Assembly: GCF_006345805.1 (NCBI RefSeq)
Contig: NC_043002.1
Coordinates: 64,232,001 to 64,296,000 of the forward strand
Origin: Octopus sinensis
Taxonomy: Eukaryota
Direction of reading: 5' to 3'
Length of the DNA stretch: 64,000 nt
Shown: positions 1 through 13,522 of the stretch, one piece after another
Numbering within the stretch: position 1 is the stretch's first letter
Layout: the number at the start of each line of letters is the position of its first letter
Notes under the pieces: generated by a model
Told to the model about the DNA's origin: nothing
Seen by the model: only the letters and a program-made list of their open reading frames with translations
Databases searched by the model: none
Translations under genes and position numbers: made by a program

Positions 1-373
1 CAGCAGCAGTAGTGGTAGTATTAGTAGTAGTTGTAGTATTAGCAGAAGCAGCTGTGGTAGTAGTAGTGGCTGTAGTAGCGGCTGTAGTAGTAGTAGTAGC
101 AGTAGTAGTAGTAGTAGTAGTAGTAGCAGTAGTAGTAGTAGTAGTAGTAGTTGCAGCAGCAGCAGCAGTAGCAATAGTAGTAGTAGTAGTAGTAGTAGCA
201 GCAGTAGCAGTAGTTGCAGCAGCAGCAGTAGTGGTAGTATTAGTAGTAGTTGTAGTATTAGCAGAAGCAGCTGTGGTAGTAGTAGTGGCTGTAGTAGTGG
301 CTGTAGTAGTAGTAGCAGTAGTAGCAGTAGTAGTAGTAGTAGTGGCTGTAGTAGTAGTAGTAGAGGTAGTAGC

Positions 374-410
<37 letters not shown>

Positions 411-435
411 ATAGTTGCAGCAGCAGCAGTAGCAA

Positions 436-474
<39 letters not shown>

Positions 475-500
475 CAGTAGCAGTAGTAGTAGTAGTAGTG
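1..500. repeat. Degenerate (GTA/GCA)n trinucleotide microsatellite with an internal ~78-bp duplication
   Basis: Continuous gtagtagta/gcagca runs; the block at 1-78 recurs at about 220-297. The ORFs 12..506 and 258..539 are translations of this repeat. Confidence 0.95.
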
Positions 501-1287
501 GATTAAGTAACGGCTGAGGGATAATTTAATCTCCGACATCGAAACTTATTGGTAACTAAAAAAACAAGAGAAACAATACCAAAAATTACGGTATTTCAAC
601 ATGGAAGAAATCAGTATCAACAGAACAGATTCGGCAGGAAACAATGCCAAAAATGTTTACTGATTGAGGTTGAACATCTAGAAGATAATATACCAAATTT
701 GGGGACAACGATAAACGTGCAATAAGAATTTTGGGTTAAGAACTTTGAACAGTGCAATGATGCAGATTAATGACGTAAATCTAGAAGTCAAATGGAAAAT
801 ATTGCAATAAAATAGAATACAAACTTTAGGAAACAGAAAATTTTACAATGAGGTTTAAAACGATACCAAATTCTGAAAGTTGTAAAGCAGTAATGCAATG
901 GTATTTAATCTTCTGGCTTAAAAATCAATGTCACTAGTATACACAAATATATTATAAAGATGTTTTGATTGTGTAGAATATTAAACAGCAACATTGCAGA
1001 AGAAAGATGGAATAAAGAAAGAACTAGGAATTAATTATAAACCAGTTGCATCGCAGTACTGGTTTTAGAAATAGCTAATTGGGATCATAGCTATCTATAA
1101 CTTTCTAGAGAAGAGAAAATACTTAGATGATAAGGTATTCCGAAAAATACCAAGGGAGGTTGCAGATCTATCATATAGGTCTACAGTATGTCAATTTAAC
1201 GCATGCATTTTAACTTATCATTCGATTTTATTTATTTCTGCATGAATATATGTCAAACGATCTACCTTATATATAATTTAATAATTG

Positions 1288-1395
1288 ATTAGTACTTACT
1301 TCATCGACCATTCAAAAAAATAACCACAAAATTGGGAGGATTTGAACTCAGGACTTATAGAAAATGTAAGGTATTTTCTTTGATCTACAAACCAC
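1288..1395 (-). mobile_element. Decayed tRNA-derived SINE (family A) fragment
   Basis: agtacttacttcatcgacc...ggatttgaactcaggac matches the better copies at 10.2-11.4 kb and 24-25.5 kb. Confidence 0.5.
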
Positions 1396-2820
1396 TGTTT
1401 TGAAAATCACTATAAATATTTTTTTTAATGATAATAGTGTCATATAAAATATAGAGATCGACAAGGATAATTTCCACTCCATTGAGACATTTTATAAGAT
1501 CAAACAGTTAACAGAAAACATGACATTTTATAAAGTAGGTGGAAGTCTCTATATATTATTTTAATGAAATATTTATTTCATGTCAAAGGAATACCAACCC
1601 GGCAGACATACACACGGAAGAAACACTTTTGGCAATCTGTCAAAACATATGAAATGAAGTAAAATGTAATCAATTATTGTGAAAGATTACATGTCAACGG
1701 TATAAGATAGATAGACGTAGAGAGTAGAATGGGAGAAATAACAGGCAATGAAATCGTTCAAAATCTCGAAGTATTAATAAAAGCTGTAAGCTATAGGCAA
1801 TTAATGTGAAGTTGTTAGATTAATATAACGCCTATGGATATATTACCAGATAAATTTTATACCTAGCGTAGAAATGTAAGCACAATTTCTTTGCTTTTAA
1901 TGAATATGATGTAAAACCTATCATACTGAGTATGATAATTAATACGAGCAAAATTACCGAGTTTTTAAGAAATCAGGACCATATGTGGAATCCGATGCAT
2001 AGTATTTGGGGCCAAAATAATTTTTGTACATCCCCTAGTTAAATTATTACAGTGTAAGAGAATTTGAATTCATGAAAACTGTAAAGAAAATACTTAGATG
2101 GATCTCACCTGCAATTCAGAAACATTGCAAAATATGCAAGGTATAAGTTTTTGTGTAATGCTTAAGTATATTTGCACGTAAGTTTAAGAGCAAGAAATTT
2201 AGTTAATCGAACAAGTGAATCCTCATCGTGACTGCCAAATGAAAGAGAATGCTGTATGTAAAAATATATATATGTATGAAGTAATCCAGTATTTTCAACG
2301 AAAGCATATATATTATTCTTTCCTTGTGCATGACAAGGAAATTACCTTCAACATGATGTCATAAGCTATAAGAATCCAGAAAGGTTGTCAGAGTTGTTTG
2401 AAAGGCCGATTTTATTATAGCAATAGTGTGTTTAAGGTAAATGATAGTCTACTTCAGGTATGATGGATTGTTTTAAGTCGACGCCTACTTCGAAGAAATG
2501 TCCCATGCATTAATACTTTCAGCATAATGTTTTACATTTCTGATATTTATTTTGTTTTTAAGAAAGTTTGCCAACGTTAGTGTTTTTTCAATATTTCTTT
2601 GTATGTGTGACGTAATATGACCGAATACGTTATAGCTGTTGTCAAAGGCGTTATCTATCAAGCTGATAATTTTGCTTTGTTTTGTAGAATATATTCTGTC
2701 TTTTCTGCCCATTGTCTTTGCGCTCATTGATATCAGTTTATTTATATTTTTATATTTTAGTTTTTTTTGCCTTGATAAATATATATCTCTCTGAAAAACC
2801 ATATCGGATAGCCAGTTGCA

Positions 2821-2982
2821 ATTTTTGATTTGGTATAGACAATGAAATAAAATAGAAACATATTGAAAATATGGTCTTGTCGAAGCATGGAAAGGGCCAG
2901 ATATTCAAATCAGTCCAAGAAAGATCTATCTGTAATATAAAATCTGCAATCGAAATTATTTATTTCAGCTATATCTTAGAGC
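2821..2982 (+). repeat. 162-bp direct repeat, copy 1
   Basis: Near-identical to 3977-4138 (two substitutions seen). Confidence 0.95.
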
Positions 2983-3280
2983 AAATGTCAGAACTGTCAC
3001 ATATCATGGAAATTCGTTCAAATCAAACCCCGCGCTTGAAAGAATATCAGCACAACCGAACATAAGTATAGAAATGTGAACACCTGAAAAATCTTTCCTC
3101 GTTGAAACGGCTTTTACTCTGGCATATTGTGAATATGTGTTGTGAAGCAGGGAAAAGTTTAACTGTCATTCTAAAATATTCATACCAAGAAAAAATATAT
3201 ATTCATAAAAAAACAAAACGATAATATTTGTTTCAAACGTTGGTAAAAAGCCAGAAATTTTAATAGGAGAAATTTTTTGT

Positions 3281-3432
3281 CGACATCAGTTGCATTGATT
3301 ATTTGCAAGCGACATTTCTCGGACGCGAAAGGATGAAAGGCAAAGTTGATATTACTGGTATTTGAACTCAGATACGAAAGACCAGAAGTAATGCTGCTAA
3401 TAATTTTGTCCCATGCTCTAATGATTCTGCTA
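3281..3432 (-). mobile_element. Decayed SINE family A
   Basis: gaaaggatgaaaggcaaagttgat...tatttgaactcaga...gattctgctag matches family A on the minus strand. Confidence 0.7.
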
Positions 3433-3976
3433 GATATTCAAATTTGAAGTTATGCTGTATATTCAACGGATTATATATATATATAAAACATATTAGATTC
3501 AAGAACAAGTAATATGATAAAACACTCAGTTATGTTTAGTATGTGGTCAATTTCATGTGGTACGTTCGAGTTGATATACAGTATGAAAGGGTGCGATTGT
3601 CAGAACATGGATTTCATAAATTAAACCATCTGAAATCTATATTCCATCATAGAATCAAGCTGAAAGCCAAAATATTATATACAGAACAACACTAGCTTAT
3701 TGGTTAAATTGCTTTGATTTCGAGATTATACATAACAGACTTCCAGATAATTAGGAGTTATATATCTAGGAAGAATGCGACAGCAGTATTCACAGCTTGA
3801 AGGGTAATAGTTGAAAGCCCTTGAAGAAATGCCGAGAGAATGCATGCAAATTCTGGAAAGATAATGGTCTCTGGAAATTAACTTAAATACCAATACAAAT
3901 TACGTGTCTCATAGTTTTTATCCTCTTTTGCAAAATTGTTTGATAGGGTATTTATATGTAAAACATATGTTTCTAG

Positions 3977-4138
3977 ATTTTTGATTTGGTATAGATAATG
4001 AAATAAAATAGAAACATATTGAAAATATGGTCTTGTCGAAGCATGGAAAGGGCCAGGTATTCAAATCAGTCCAAGAAAGATCTATCTGTAATATAAAATC
4101 TGCAATCGAAATTATTTATTTCAGCTATATCTTAGAGC
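3977..4138 (+). repeat. 162-bp direct repeat, copy 2
   Basis: Copy of 2821-2982, offset 1156 bp. Confidence 0.95.
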
Positions 4139-7091
4139 TTACGTTTGCTCATTACGCGCAACAAACAGTTCTTACTGCAAAAGATATTCTGCAATATATA
4201 GAGAACACAATAACTGGTTACGTTTGAAACGCTATCAAGGGTGTGTCTTAATTATAAGAGATATTTTCCGAAATTCATTTCCTAATATTTCTTGGCTGCC
4301 CTATATAATAGCAAGTGTACAATCTTGTTTGCATTAATGGCTGCCATAGCTAGACATACTGACGTTTCAGAACACACACACATAGACCTACAGCATAAGA
4401 ATTTTATTCATATACCGACAATACATCATTACCTTTAATGTCTAAAATTCCAGATTATAAAATACTAATTAAATATTCGAATATATGCTGCCCGTGGTTT
4501 TCTTTGCACATAAATGCATGTTACTGCTCGGCTTCTACATATAATATGGCTCAATATCTTCTACGTTTACTATTATATGTGAAAACAATATGTTCTTTAT
4601 CGTAAACAAAGACCTACTTGATGCTTTGTTATGCATAATAAAATTAAATAATCTTTCTTCAGAAGGATTATGTCGACGCAGCGCGCGCGTAAAACTCTAT
4701 ATCACTAATTATATAATGAAAACATTTTCTATCATTTTAAAAAAAAACGTAGTGTTGAAAACAACTTAATAAAATTTGAATTCTCTCATAACGTGTATAA
4801 CAAAATTCATACTCGATGGCACATCAAAATCATCAACACATTTGGGGAAAAACCTTAATTTCGAAACTTGCAAGAGAAAAACCTTACTTTTTGAGAAAAA
4901 ACCTTAATTTCCTAACTTGCAAGGTGTTAAGCTATCTCGTAGCATGTAATAATCAAAACGACTCCTCTTGACGCTATTGAATTTCAATTGCTACATTAAA
5001 ATATATAAAAAGAAAACAAAAGAAACTCCATATATTTAAAAAAGAAAACGTTCTCAGTAAACCGAGCTATCGCGCTTTCTGAAGATAGTTACTAAATTAT
5101 ATATTTGTAAAGTATTCACACTAAGGGAGAGTTTTAAGAGGTATATAACAACATTTATGCTTAAAAATTAAACAGCTATAAAAGTTGCATATAATACAAT
5201 TTAAATGTGATTTTATAGAATTATCTCTTCGTCGTGTATTTAGATATAATCCTCTATTTAGCGATATCCAGTCAAAGGAGGTGAATTTTTTTATTTTTTG
5301 CACCTTATTTCAAACAAGATAATGTCTTTAAAATGGATCCTCTGTCTTTAAAATTTCCTAAATTTGCTCAAAGTTTCTTTAAGAGAGAACTTATCCACGA
5401 TCTAACAGGTGAATTAACTTCTGTTTACTGAAACAAAGCAAAAATAAATTAAAGTACAAGTATTTCAGAAGTACAAGTATTTCTCTCTTCATGGGATTTG
5501 ACGGGGTTACTTTCACATAAATTTCGTTGAAACACGCTACGAAGTAATTCTGCTTTGCTTCAAAGTGTAATATCATTAACTGGATCCTCTCAGATTAATT
5601 ATATTTCTGATATTATTGACAGGATTTTGATATTTGTGTTTCTGTTGTTTTGTATTTCTACCAAAAATTTACATGTGAATGTATATGTCATTCCAAAACA
5701 AAACTGTTGACATCCAAAACGTAGCTGAAAGCAAGCAACGTTATGCATTAGAGGAGATTACAATAGAATTGTTTATAGATTAAATAGAAGGCCGTTTGTT
5801 AAACCAAACCGTTGTAGAAAGCCATTGGAGGCACTTCTCAAAGGGAAGAGCAAATCTCTGTAGATATAATAAATGCTAGAATTTTCGGGGAAATGTGCGC
5901 ATTCCTGTATATAATGCAGGAAGGTTAACAATTCTGCATTTCATGCACATGAAAGAGATCATAAAGAAAAAGATGATAGGGACGCAGTATATTAATACTC
6001 GAACTAAACACATAAAGTAAAGCTATTAAGTATCATTACTCGACCTCGTCCAATAATATGTCATGAATTAGCAAGAACAAATAGATAAATAAGTCACGTA
6101 ACAACAGCATTTACAATACAACAGAGAAAATACCACATAGTGGGATTATATTTATCATGGATAATAGCGCCCTTATACAACGAGAAGAAACGAGTAGATA
6201 TTATTATATAACTACAATAGGAATACAAAAATATGCATTAGAGTAAAAATGAAAAACTAATTAAATATGAACAAAACAACGATTAAATAAAGACAATTTT
6301 TTCTCTAACGTTGGGCAAAGGGCTAACTTTAGAGGGCATCTTGAAACGGCAAGGAGTTGTGAGCTGAAAAGATAAAGGACAAATATTAGGAGAAAACCGA
6401 AAGAAGACTACCTGAAGTTTGGGGATGTAGAATGCATTCTCAAACTCTAGCAAATAATGTGGTTATATGTTTGATAGACTTTTAAATTGTCATGAGCCCT
6501 GGAGCTTATAAGGCTAGTGATTAATCCGTGTTCTAAGTTGTATATGGGACTGAGATGACAATAATATTTCATGAACGGATCGTCGGTCTGTACCATGGAC
6601 TAATTCTGAGTTATTTCTGGAATTTATTTACATTTGAGTGAACTGGAGCAATGGGAAAAGAAATGTTTTGCTCGTGTACACTGGACCCCAGTCACCCCGG
6701 AAATGAAAATCACAGTTTTACAATAGTGAGTGAAACAACCTTCCTACTGATCGAATAGCTTATAACAATACTGAAATAATCTATAAAAACACACGCTGGA
6801 GACTGGCTCGTACTGGAGTCAAAGCTGAGAATCGTCTTTTACTTTTTGGGGTTTTCTTTTTCTTGTAAATAATCCCTATACATATATAATATAAGAGGAT
6901 AATCTTACAACTTCCTTAAACCGAAAGGCAATTTCGCTAAACTGAAGAGCAAAAATTAAAATAGGACTGGAGCTGGAAGTGCTCAGGTGGCACCGAAGTT
7001 AAAGGAGAATTAAATTGAAAAGTATAATGGCTAAACATTCCAATCGTTCGAAATAACTTTGTATCTTTCTCAAATTATCAAAAATCGAATA

Positions 7092-7723
7092 TCTACTACG
7101 TATGTAGGAAATTCTGGTTGTGGGTGTGTTTGTGGTGTTGTATCGATTTTGATGAAATTTGACACGTGAGAACGATTCATGTCTGGAAACATCATGGCAT
7201 ACTCAGATTACTGAAATAAATCGATAACCGGACCCCTGGAAGGGATCCTTATATATACAACCCTTAAACACGTAAATAGTATTTGCATAAACAACAGATC
7301 GCTAGATCTGGGAACACACACAGGCCCTCTTCAGATTTATGTACTTTGAATTGTTATTTTCTCATATCTAATAAGCTTATTATTACGTAACATGCTATCC
7401 GATTTTAGTATACATACATTATTAGTATTTCCTCCTATGTTATATATACTCTGGGAACGCATTAAAGCCCTTTATTTGAAGCTACTTCGTTTGTCTTACT
7501 ATCCGATAACTAATTTCATGTTATTACATAACTGACATCACAATTGGGATATTCGCAACTTATTGGGAAACGAGATCTTTTGTGAGACAGTTATGTATTC
7601 TCCGTTAATGCACAAATGAAGGGCTACATAATTTGTATTGTTATTGGATTAGCGAAAAAATTATGAGAACGGAACCAGGAGATACGCCCCGTTTTACTTG
7701 GAACAACGGGGTATTTCAGGTAG
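7092..7723 (+). mobile_element. Non-autonomous Helitron
   Basis: Starts A|TC at 7091/7092. Subterminal hairpin CCCCGTT(7687-7693)...AACGGGG(7705-7711), then GTAG|T at 7720-7724 (canonical CTAG with one change). The 5' part is homologous to 26395-26520 in reverse. Confidence 0.65.
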
Positions 7724-8088
7724 TAAATATATAAACCCAATAGTATAAAATATACATATATACACGAAAAAAAGGTGATAAGACCTAAAAAGGTTATACG
7801 AGTTAAGCCGAATGAAGAGAACTATATGGAATAAATTCATGCATAATAAAGGCGACTAAAAATTTAAGTCAATCGAGCTAAAATAATATAAATATAAACA
7901 TATAGAAATAGAAGAGTATAAATATAAAAAAAAATAATGTATAAGGAAACCAGAATAGAGTGCATTCAAGCCCAACTCTACGATCATTTCAAAGGATGCT
8001 GCTTCACATAGTTAATGTACAATCCATTAAGGAAATCCAACGGTCAAAAAATCAAATTTCTGCTCATCACACACTCACACACACACAT

Positions 8089-8140
<52 letters not shown>

Positions 8141-8187
8141 ATTTAGGGTAAAAATTGATGTCCACTTTTCGTGTGCAGTCCTTAATT

Positions 8188-8260
<73 letters not shown>

Positions 8261-8780
8261 GAATTATATCTGAATGTCCAGTTATACAGGTTAGAAACCA
8301 TATAATTTTTAAAGAAAAATTATACATGTAGGTATGTATAAGTGTTGAACGAGTGCATATGTGTGTGTGTTTGTGTAAGAATGTTATGTAAGAATGTTTG
8401 AGCATGTGTATGCGTGTATGTATAAATATTTATGGTCTATGGCTATATATATACGCATAAGTATATGTGTATGAGTATATATAAAAATCAGTATATGTGT
8501 ACTTATTTCTATATCAGTGTGTACGTCTATTTACGTATATAGGTGTAAATCTATGTACATCTCTGTAAAATAATAATATTATTTGAGAATATCCAGGTAT
8601 ATTAGTTGCTGTCTCCCCTACCTTACTGAAAAGTTCACGCTATATTTTCTTTTGGCTTCCTCTATGAAAATATCAACAGCTATAGTAATAAAAACAATTA
8701 TTTTCCATATACATCAACAAAAACTTTTCTTACATACTAAATAGCTCAATATCTGATTATACATTTATTATATATAAGAT

Positions 8781-8854
8781 TTCTACTATAGCCTCGGGCA
8801 GACCAAAGCCTTGTGAGTGGATTTATAGACGGAAACTGAAGGAAGCCTGTCGTA

Positions 8855-8893
<39 letters not shown>

Positions 8894-9120
8894 ATGTGTG
8901 TATATATGTTTGTGTATCTGTGTTTGTCCCCTACCCCAACATCGCTTGACAACCGTTGCTTGTGTGTTTACGTCCCCGTAACTTAGCGTTTCGGCAAAAG
9001 AGACTGACAGCATATGTACTAGGCTTACAAAGAATAAGTCATGGGGTCGATTTTCTCGACTAAAAGCGGTGCTCCAGCATGGCCACAATCAAATTACTGA
9101 CACAAGTAAAAGAGAGTAAA
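8781..9120 (+). mobile_element. SINE family B (5'-truncated; central TA/TG microsatellite; agtaaaagag tail)
   Basis: ttctactatagcctcggg..gaccaaagccttgtgagtggatt...acggaaactgaa...gtaacttagc...gcggtgctccagcatggcc; same family at 20895 and 33597. Confidence 0.85.
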
Positions 9121-9330
9121 CGAGAAAAGTGAGTAATCAAAGCTTGATATATTTATAAGATCTTTACGAAATATATACAAAATGAGTAAGGTTGTTGATA
9201 TGTTGTTGACGTCAGCGCTTTTGTTGATGTCGATACTGCTGCTGATAGTAATAATATAAACATTGTTGTTGCTGCTGCCGGTTTTGTTACTTGCTGATGT
9301 CGTTACTGTTGTTGTTGGATTTGTCACGGG

Positions 9331-9558
9331 TCATGCTGGTGTTAGTGGTCTTGTTTTGGCTGTTGGTAATGTTGTTGATGTTAGTGGTGATGGTAGCGGT
9401 AGTGTTGGTGTTGGTGACGGTGCTAGTGTCCGTAGATTCTTTACATAAGTCAAAGGGAGTGGCGTCCGATACGATTGGGTGACTACTATGCCTCGGGTCG
9501 ACGAAGCAGATACATTCTCTCCTACACCTGCTTCTCTGTTTAGACAAGTGCTGGCCAT
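9331..9558 (-). CDS. Candidate short ORF or first exon (MASTCLNREAG...), product unknown
   Basis: ATG in good context (atcATGG), with a GC box (9608-9613) and CCAAT (9629-9633) just upstream. No recognisable domain; the downstream part is low-complexity. Confidence 0.2.
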   Translation of the reverse strand: MASTCLNREAGVGENVSASSTRGIVVTQSYRTPLPLTYVKNLRTLAPSPTPTLPLPSPLTSTTLPTAKTRPLTPA

Positions 9559-10150
9559 GATGTGAAAATGGTTAGATTGAAAAATCTATCCGATAGGTTT
9601 TCGGAACGGGCGGAAAACCCGTTCTATGATTGGATCGGGGTGAACACACTTTTAGAGAGCTCTTGGATTCATTCACCAAACAATAATTACAATTTCAACA
9701 GCTGGAAAATGTAAAAAAACAATCAAAAATAGAGAAATCTCACCAGCGATGATTTGAGCGTGGAACCCATGCGTGACGCCAATAGTAATAATAAAGTCTC
9801 GAGTTAAATAATAAATCAAATTTCTAAGGTAGACTACTTGGCTATGGTATGATGGGGTTAGATAAAAACTGGAGTGCGTTTTCTTACTATATAACTTTAT
9901 ATTATTATTAAATAGATGAAACGAAATACACAAGAATGTCAAATGTGATCTTATTTGGAGTATGCAAATGTAACTGATGCATCTGTTACATCACTCAATA
10001 TATTCAAATGGTTGTTAAAACGTATGCTGAGAAACAGTGTATATTTCTCATTAGTAAAAATACAAAGACTATTTTTAAAGCAAACGAAAGAAGGAAATAG
10101 CATCTTAGTAAGAACTGAGAGCTAATGTGGTTGTTGAACATGATATATAT

Positions 10151-11365
10151 TCTTTTCTACTCTAGTAACAAGACACGAAATTTTTGTGGAGGAGCCAGTC
10201 GATCAGATCAAATCCAGTACGCAACTGGTATTTGATTTATCAACCACGAAAGGATGAAAAGGAAAGTCGACCACGGTGGAATTTGAACTCAGGACATTAA
10301 GACAGACTAAATATTGATAAGCATTCTACCCGGTGTGCTAATGTTGCTGCCAGCTCGCCGCCTTTAACAAATGCAAATGTATTCTTTTCTACTCTAGGCA
10401 CAAGGCCTGAAATTTTTAGGGGAGTGAGTCAGCCGATTAGATCGATCGCAGTACGCAACTGATATTTAATTTATCCACCCCGAAAGGAAGAAAAGCAAAA
10501 TCGACTTCGGCGGAATTTGAACTCAGAACGTAGACGAAATACCTATTTCTTTATTACCCACAAGGGGCTCAACATAGAGGGGACAAACAAGGACGGACAT
10601 ATGTATTAAGTCGATTACATAGACCCCAGTGCATAACTGGTACTTAATTTATCGATCCCGAATGGAAGAAAAGCAAAGTCGACTTCGGCGGAATTTGAAC
10701 TCAGAACGTAAAGATAGACGAAATACCGCTAAGCATTCTGCCGGCGTGCTACCGTTTCTGCCAGATAAGTTCTCTGACATAAATTTTTTTGTACTCTAGG
10801 CACAAACCTGAACTTTTGGGGAGGAGCAGGTCGATTAGATCGACCCCTCTACGCAAGTGGTACTTAATTTATCATTCCTTGAAAACATGAAGGCCTAAGT
10901 CTAACCCTGCGGAATTTGAACTCAGAACGTACAGACAGTCGAAATACCTCTAAGCATCTCGCCGCCTTTTTTTCTGACATATATCCGTTTGTTTCTACTC
11001 TAGGCACAAAGTCCAAAATTTGGGGGAACGGGCCAGTCGATTAGATCGACTCCAGTACGCAACTGGTATTTAATTTATCGACTCCGAAAGAATGAAATGC
11101 AGCGTCGACCTCAGAATAATTTGAATTCACAATGTAAAGACAGACGAAATACTACTAAGTATTTCGCCTGGCTTGCTAACTTTTCTACCAGCTCATCGCC
11201 TTGTCTACTCTTTTCTACTCTAGGCACATGGTACTTAATTTATCCACTCCGAAAGAATGAAAGGCAAAGTCGACCTCGGCGGAATTTGAACTTAGAACGT
11301 AAAGACAGACGAAATACTGCGTGCTAACCGGTGCTGTAACGATTCTGTCCGCACGCTGCAGTCTG
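10151..11365 (-). mobile_element. Head-to-tail cluster of about 6 SINE family A copies
   Basis: Repeated atcgaccccagtacgcaactggtacttaatttatcgaccccgaaaggatgaaaggcaaagtcgacctcggcggaatttgaactcagaacg. The minus-strand head has A-box-like TGGCAGAAACGTTAG and B-box GAGTTCAAATTCC. Two alternative 3' tails are present. Confidence 0.92.
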
Positions 11366-13459
11366 GCGAGACTAATATTGAAAAAAACAGAAATCAATTC
11401 TATAACTCAAAGTATACAAATATCCCAACGATATGAGCTACAAAAATATAAGTCTTCAACATGAAATGAATTGGATATATTTTGAAAGTAGGAAATCAAC
11501 TACTAATTCATCAAAAGAGAATATATCTATTCTGTTCGCTAATAGGATGGAATGTGATGCTAATAGAAATCTACAATGAAGAAACAACACAGGGAACAAA
11601 ATATGGCTGCTGAGATATAAGAAGAAAAGATTTTGTTAGTGGATTAAGAACACACGAAGAAATAAAATGAAACCTAACTTGTATTTACAAAAGAAGAATT
11701 TAGCGCACACTAATAACTAATTATACATGAAATATTAGTTTTATTTAAGTAGTAACAAAATAATAGTCAAATATCTCAAAAATCAAATTATATACCAGTT
11801 TTTTTTTTTTTTAAATATACGAAATGAAAAAACATCTTAATAAATAAATTAGAGAATAAAATTTCCCGATGATCCGCAAAAGCAGACAAGCTAATCTAAC
11901 CGCAACAATGGCTAAATTATGTTTTAATAATCGAAATAATGTAAGCCCTGATGCATAACGCTTATTCGTTTACAACATGTATGTGCTTGCAGGTGGAAGC
12001 TTACGCATATTACTGAGTGGAAATAGCTGTCGACTCTAACGCCTGCAAATAGTATGCGCTTAAATGATCAATGACTAGCAACATATAATGTTTGAAAATC
12101 TAAGGTGTAAGAGATCAATTCAAACATAAAATGGACAGATAAACCTGACTAGTGTTTAGAGCTGTCTAGTTCTCACCGGTCTCTTTATACTCACAGACTC
12201 TCTTGAACTGGGAGCTCTATCTACAAGCAATATGCTGACACTTCAACGCAAAACCGTTTATGTTAAATAACGGCATACCAAACTCGGTACAAATTATCAG
12301 AGATAAAGAAGCCTGTCTGGAGGGACTCGTAGATCGAAGTGAAACATTCAAAACATATTATCAGTACCTGTAATTTAGTCACTTTCACTCTAATAAACAT
12401 CTGGATGCCTGGGATTTATACATATTTGGGAAAGGTCCGGAAGATTCGAAATTAAAATATGTGACTGTTTTAGCTGGGAATATAGTGAGTAGACATAAGA
12501 TCAGTCCTACTATATAGTATTAGAGGACAAAGAAATAGAAGAAGGGGGTTGTCTGCTACACAATATAATTTCTTCTGTCACCGTTATAAATATAAAGAGA
12601 CGAGCAAAACGCTCCTGTCCACTGGATGGTGCTGAGTTGTCAAACATTTAAACCAAATTTTCTCAAAACAACTTGTCTTAACGTCCCATAGGCCTCCCCA
12701 TTGAGACACACTGATTTAACCTAAATTTGAGACACCAGCAAAAGAAGAAATAAAGATAGACTTTTTTCTATTCCAAAGAAAAACGATTTTATTCACACGA
12801 ATATGCAACCGAAGAGTTTAAAGTACCAGTAATGACAAGGCTGTTGACTGGGAGAACGCAAACATGTTATAAATAGAAAGAGTAATCTAAATAGAAACAG
12901 TAATCTAAGTAGGAAAGAAACGTGCCTTTAAGCAATACAAAAACGACAAAAAATGGAAGGTACAGTTATGTACAGGTTGACGGAAGAAAAGCAGGACAAA
13001 AACGGCTTTATCGATCGCATTGTGACCTGGAGTCGACTTTTGTAATTTTTTCAAGACTTATACACGCCCTGATACCGCAGGTATCTACATATGAAATTTC
13101 AGCGCAATCGGATGGAGGATACCTGAGATCCGAGAAGGCACACACAGACAGAACGGATTTTATATAAGAGATATGCAAAGAAACAAATAAAACTGATTGG
13201 GTTTGATATATAAAATATACGTATATATATATATATATATATACATGAGGTTAGAGAGAAGGCAAAGATTGTAACGTTTCAGATGATGAATATTCATGGA
13301 TAAAGATTGAGATACGTATATATTAACTGTGCAAAATTACAAAGAGTACAATGGTACAAAAAAAATGAAGGAGAGACGATATGGTGTTACAGGTTCGAGA
13401 GCTGTATCTGGGGACTCCGAATTACGTCATAAATATTGGCAGATGTATTTCACAAGAAT

Positions 13460-13522
13460 ATTCAGCCTGTAGTAGAAGAATATAAACATTCGGATGGTCC
13501 GGCATCCGTCTTCAGGGTGAAT
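13460..13522 (-). ncRNA. Decayed type I hammerhead motif in a PLE-like remnant
   Basis: Minus strand: ATTCACC-CTGAAGA-C-GGATG/ccggac/CATCC-GAAT...GGCTGAAT. Stems I and II are present; GAAA is mutated and stem III is lost. Confidence 0.4.

Noticed and set aside
2485-2802. 105-aa minus-strand ORF
   Set aside because: AT-rich, Lys/Asn/Ile-biased, with no motif or splice support; a chance ORF is likely.
6645-6752. MGKEMFCSCTLDPSHPGNENHSFTI followed by GTGAGT, superficially opsin-like
   Set aside because: In-frame TGA just upstream, no convincing acceptor, and the motif is too short to support a call.
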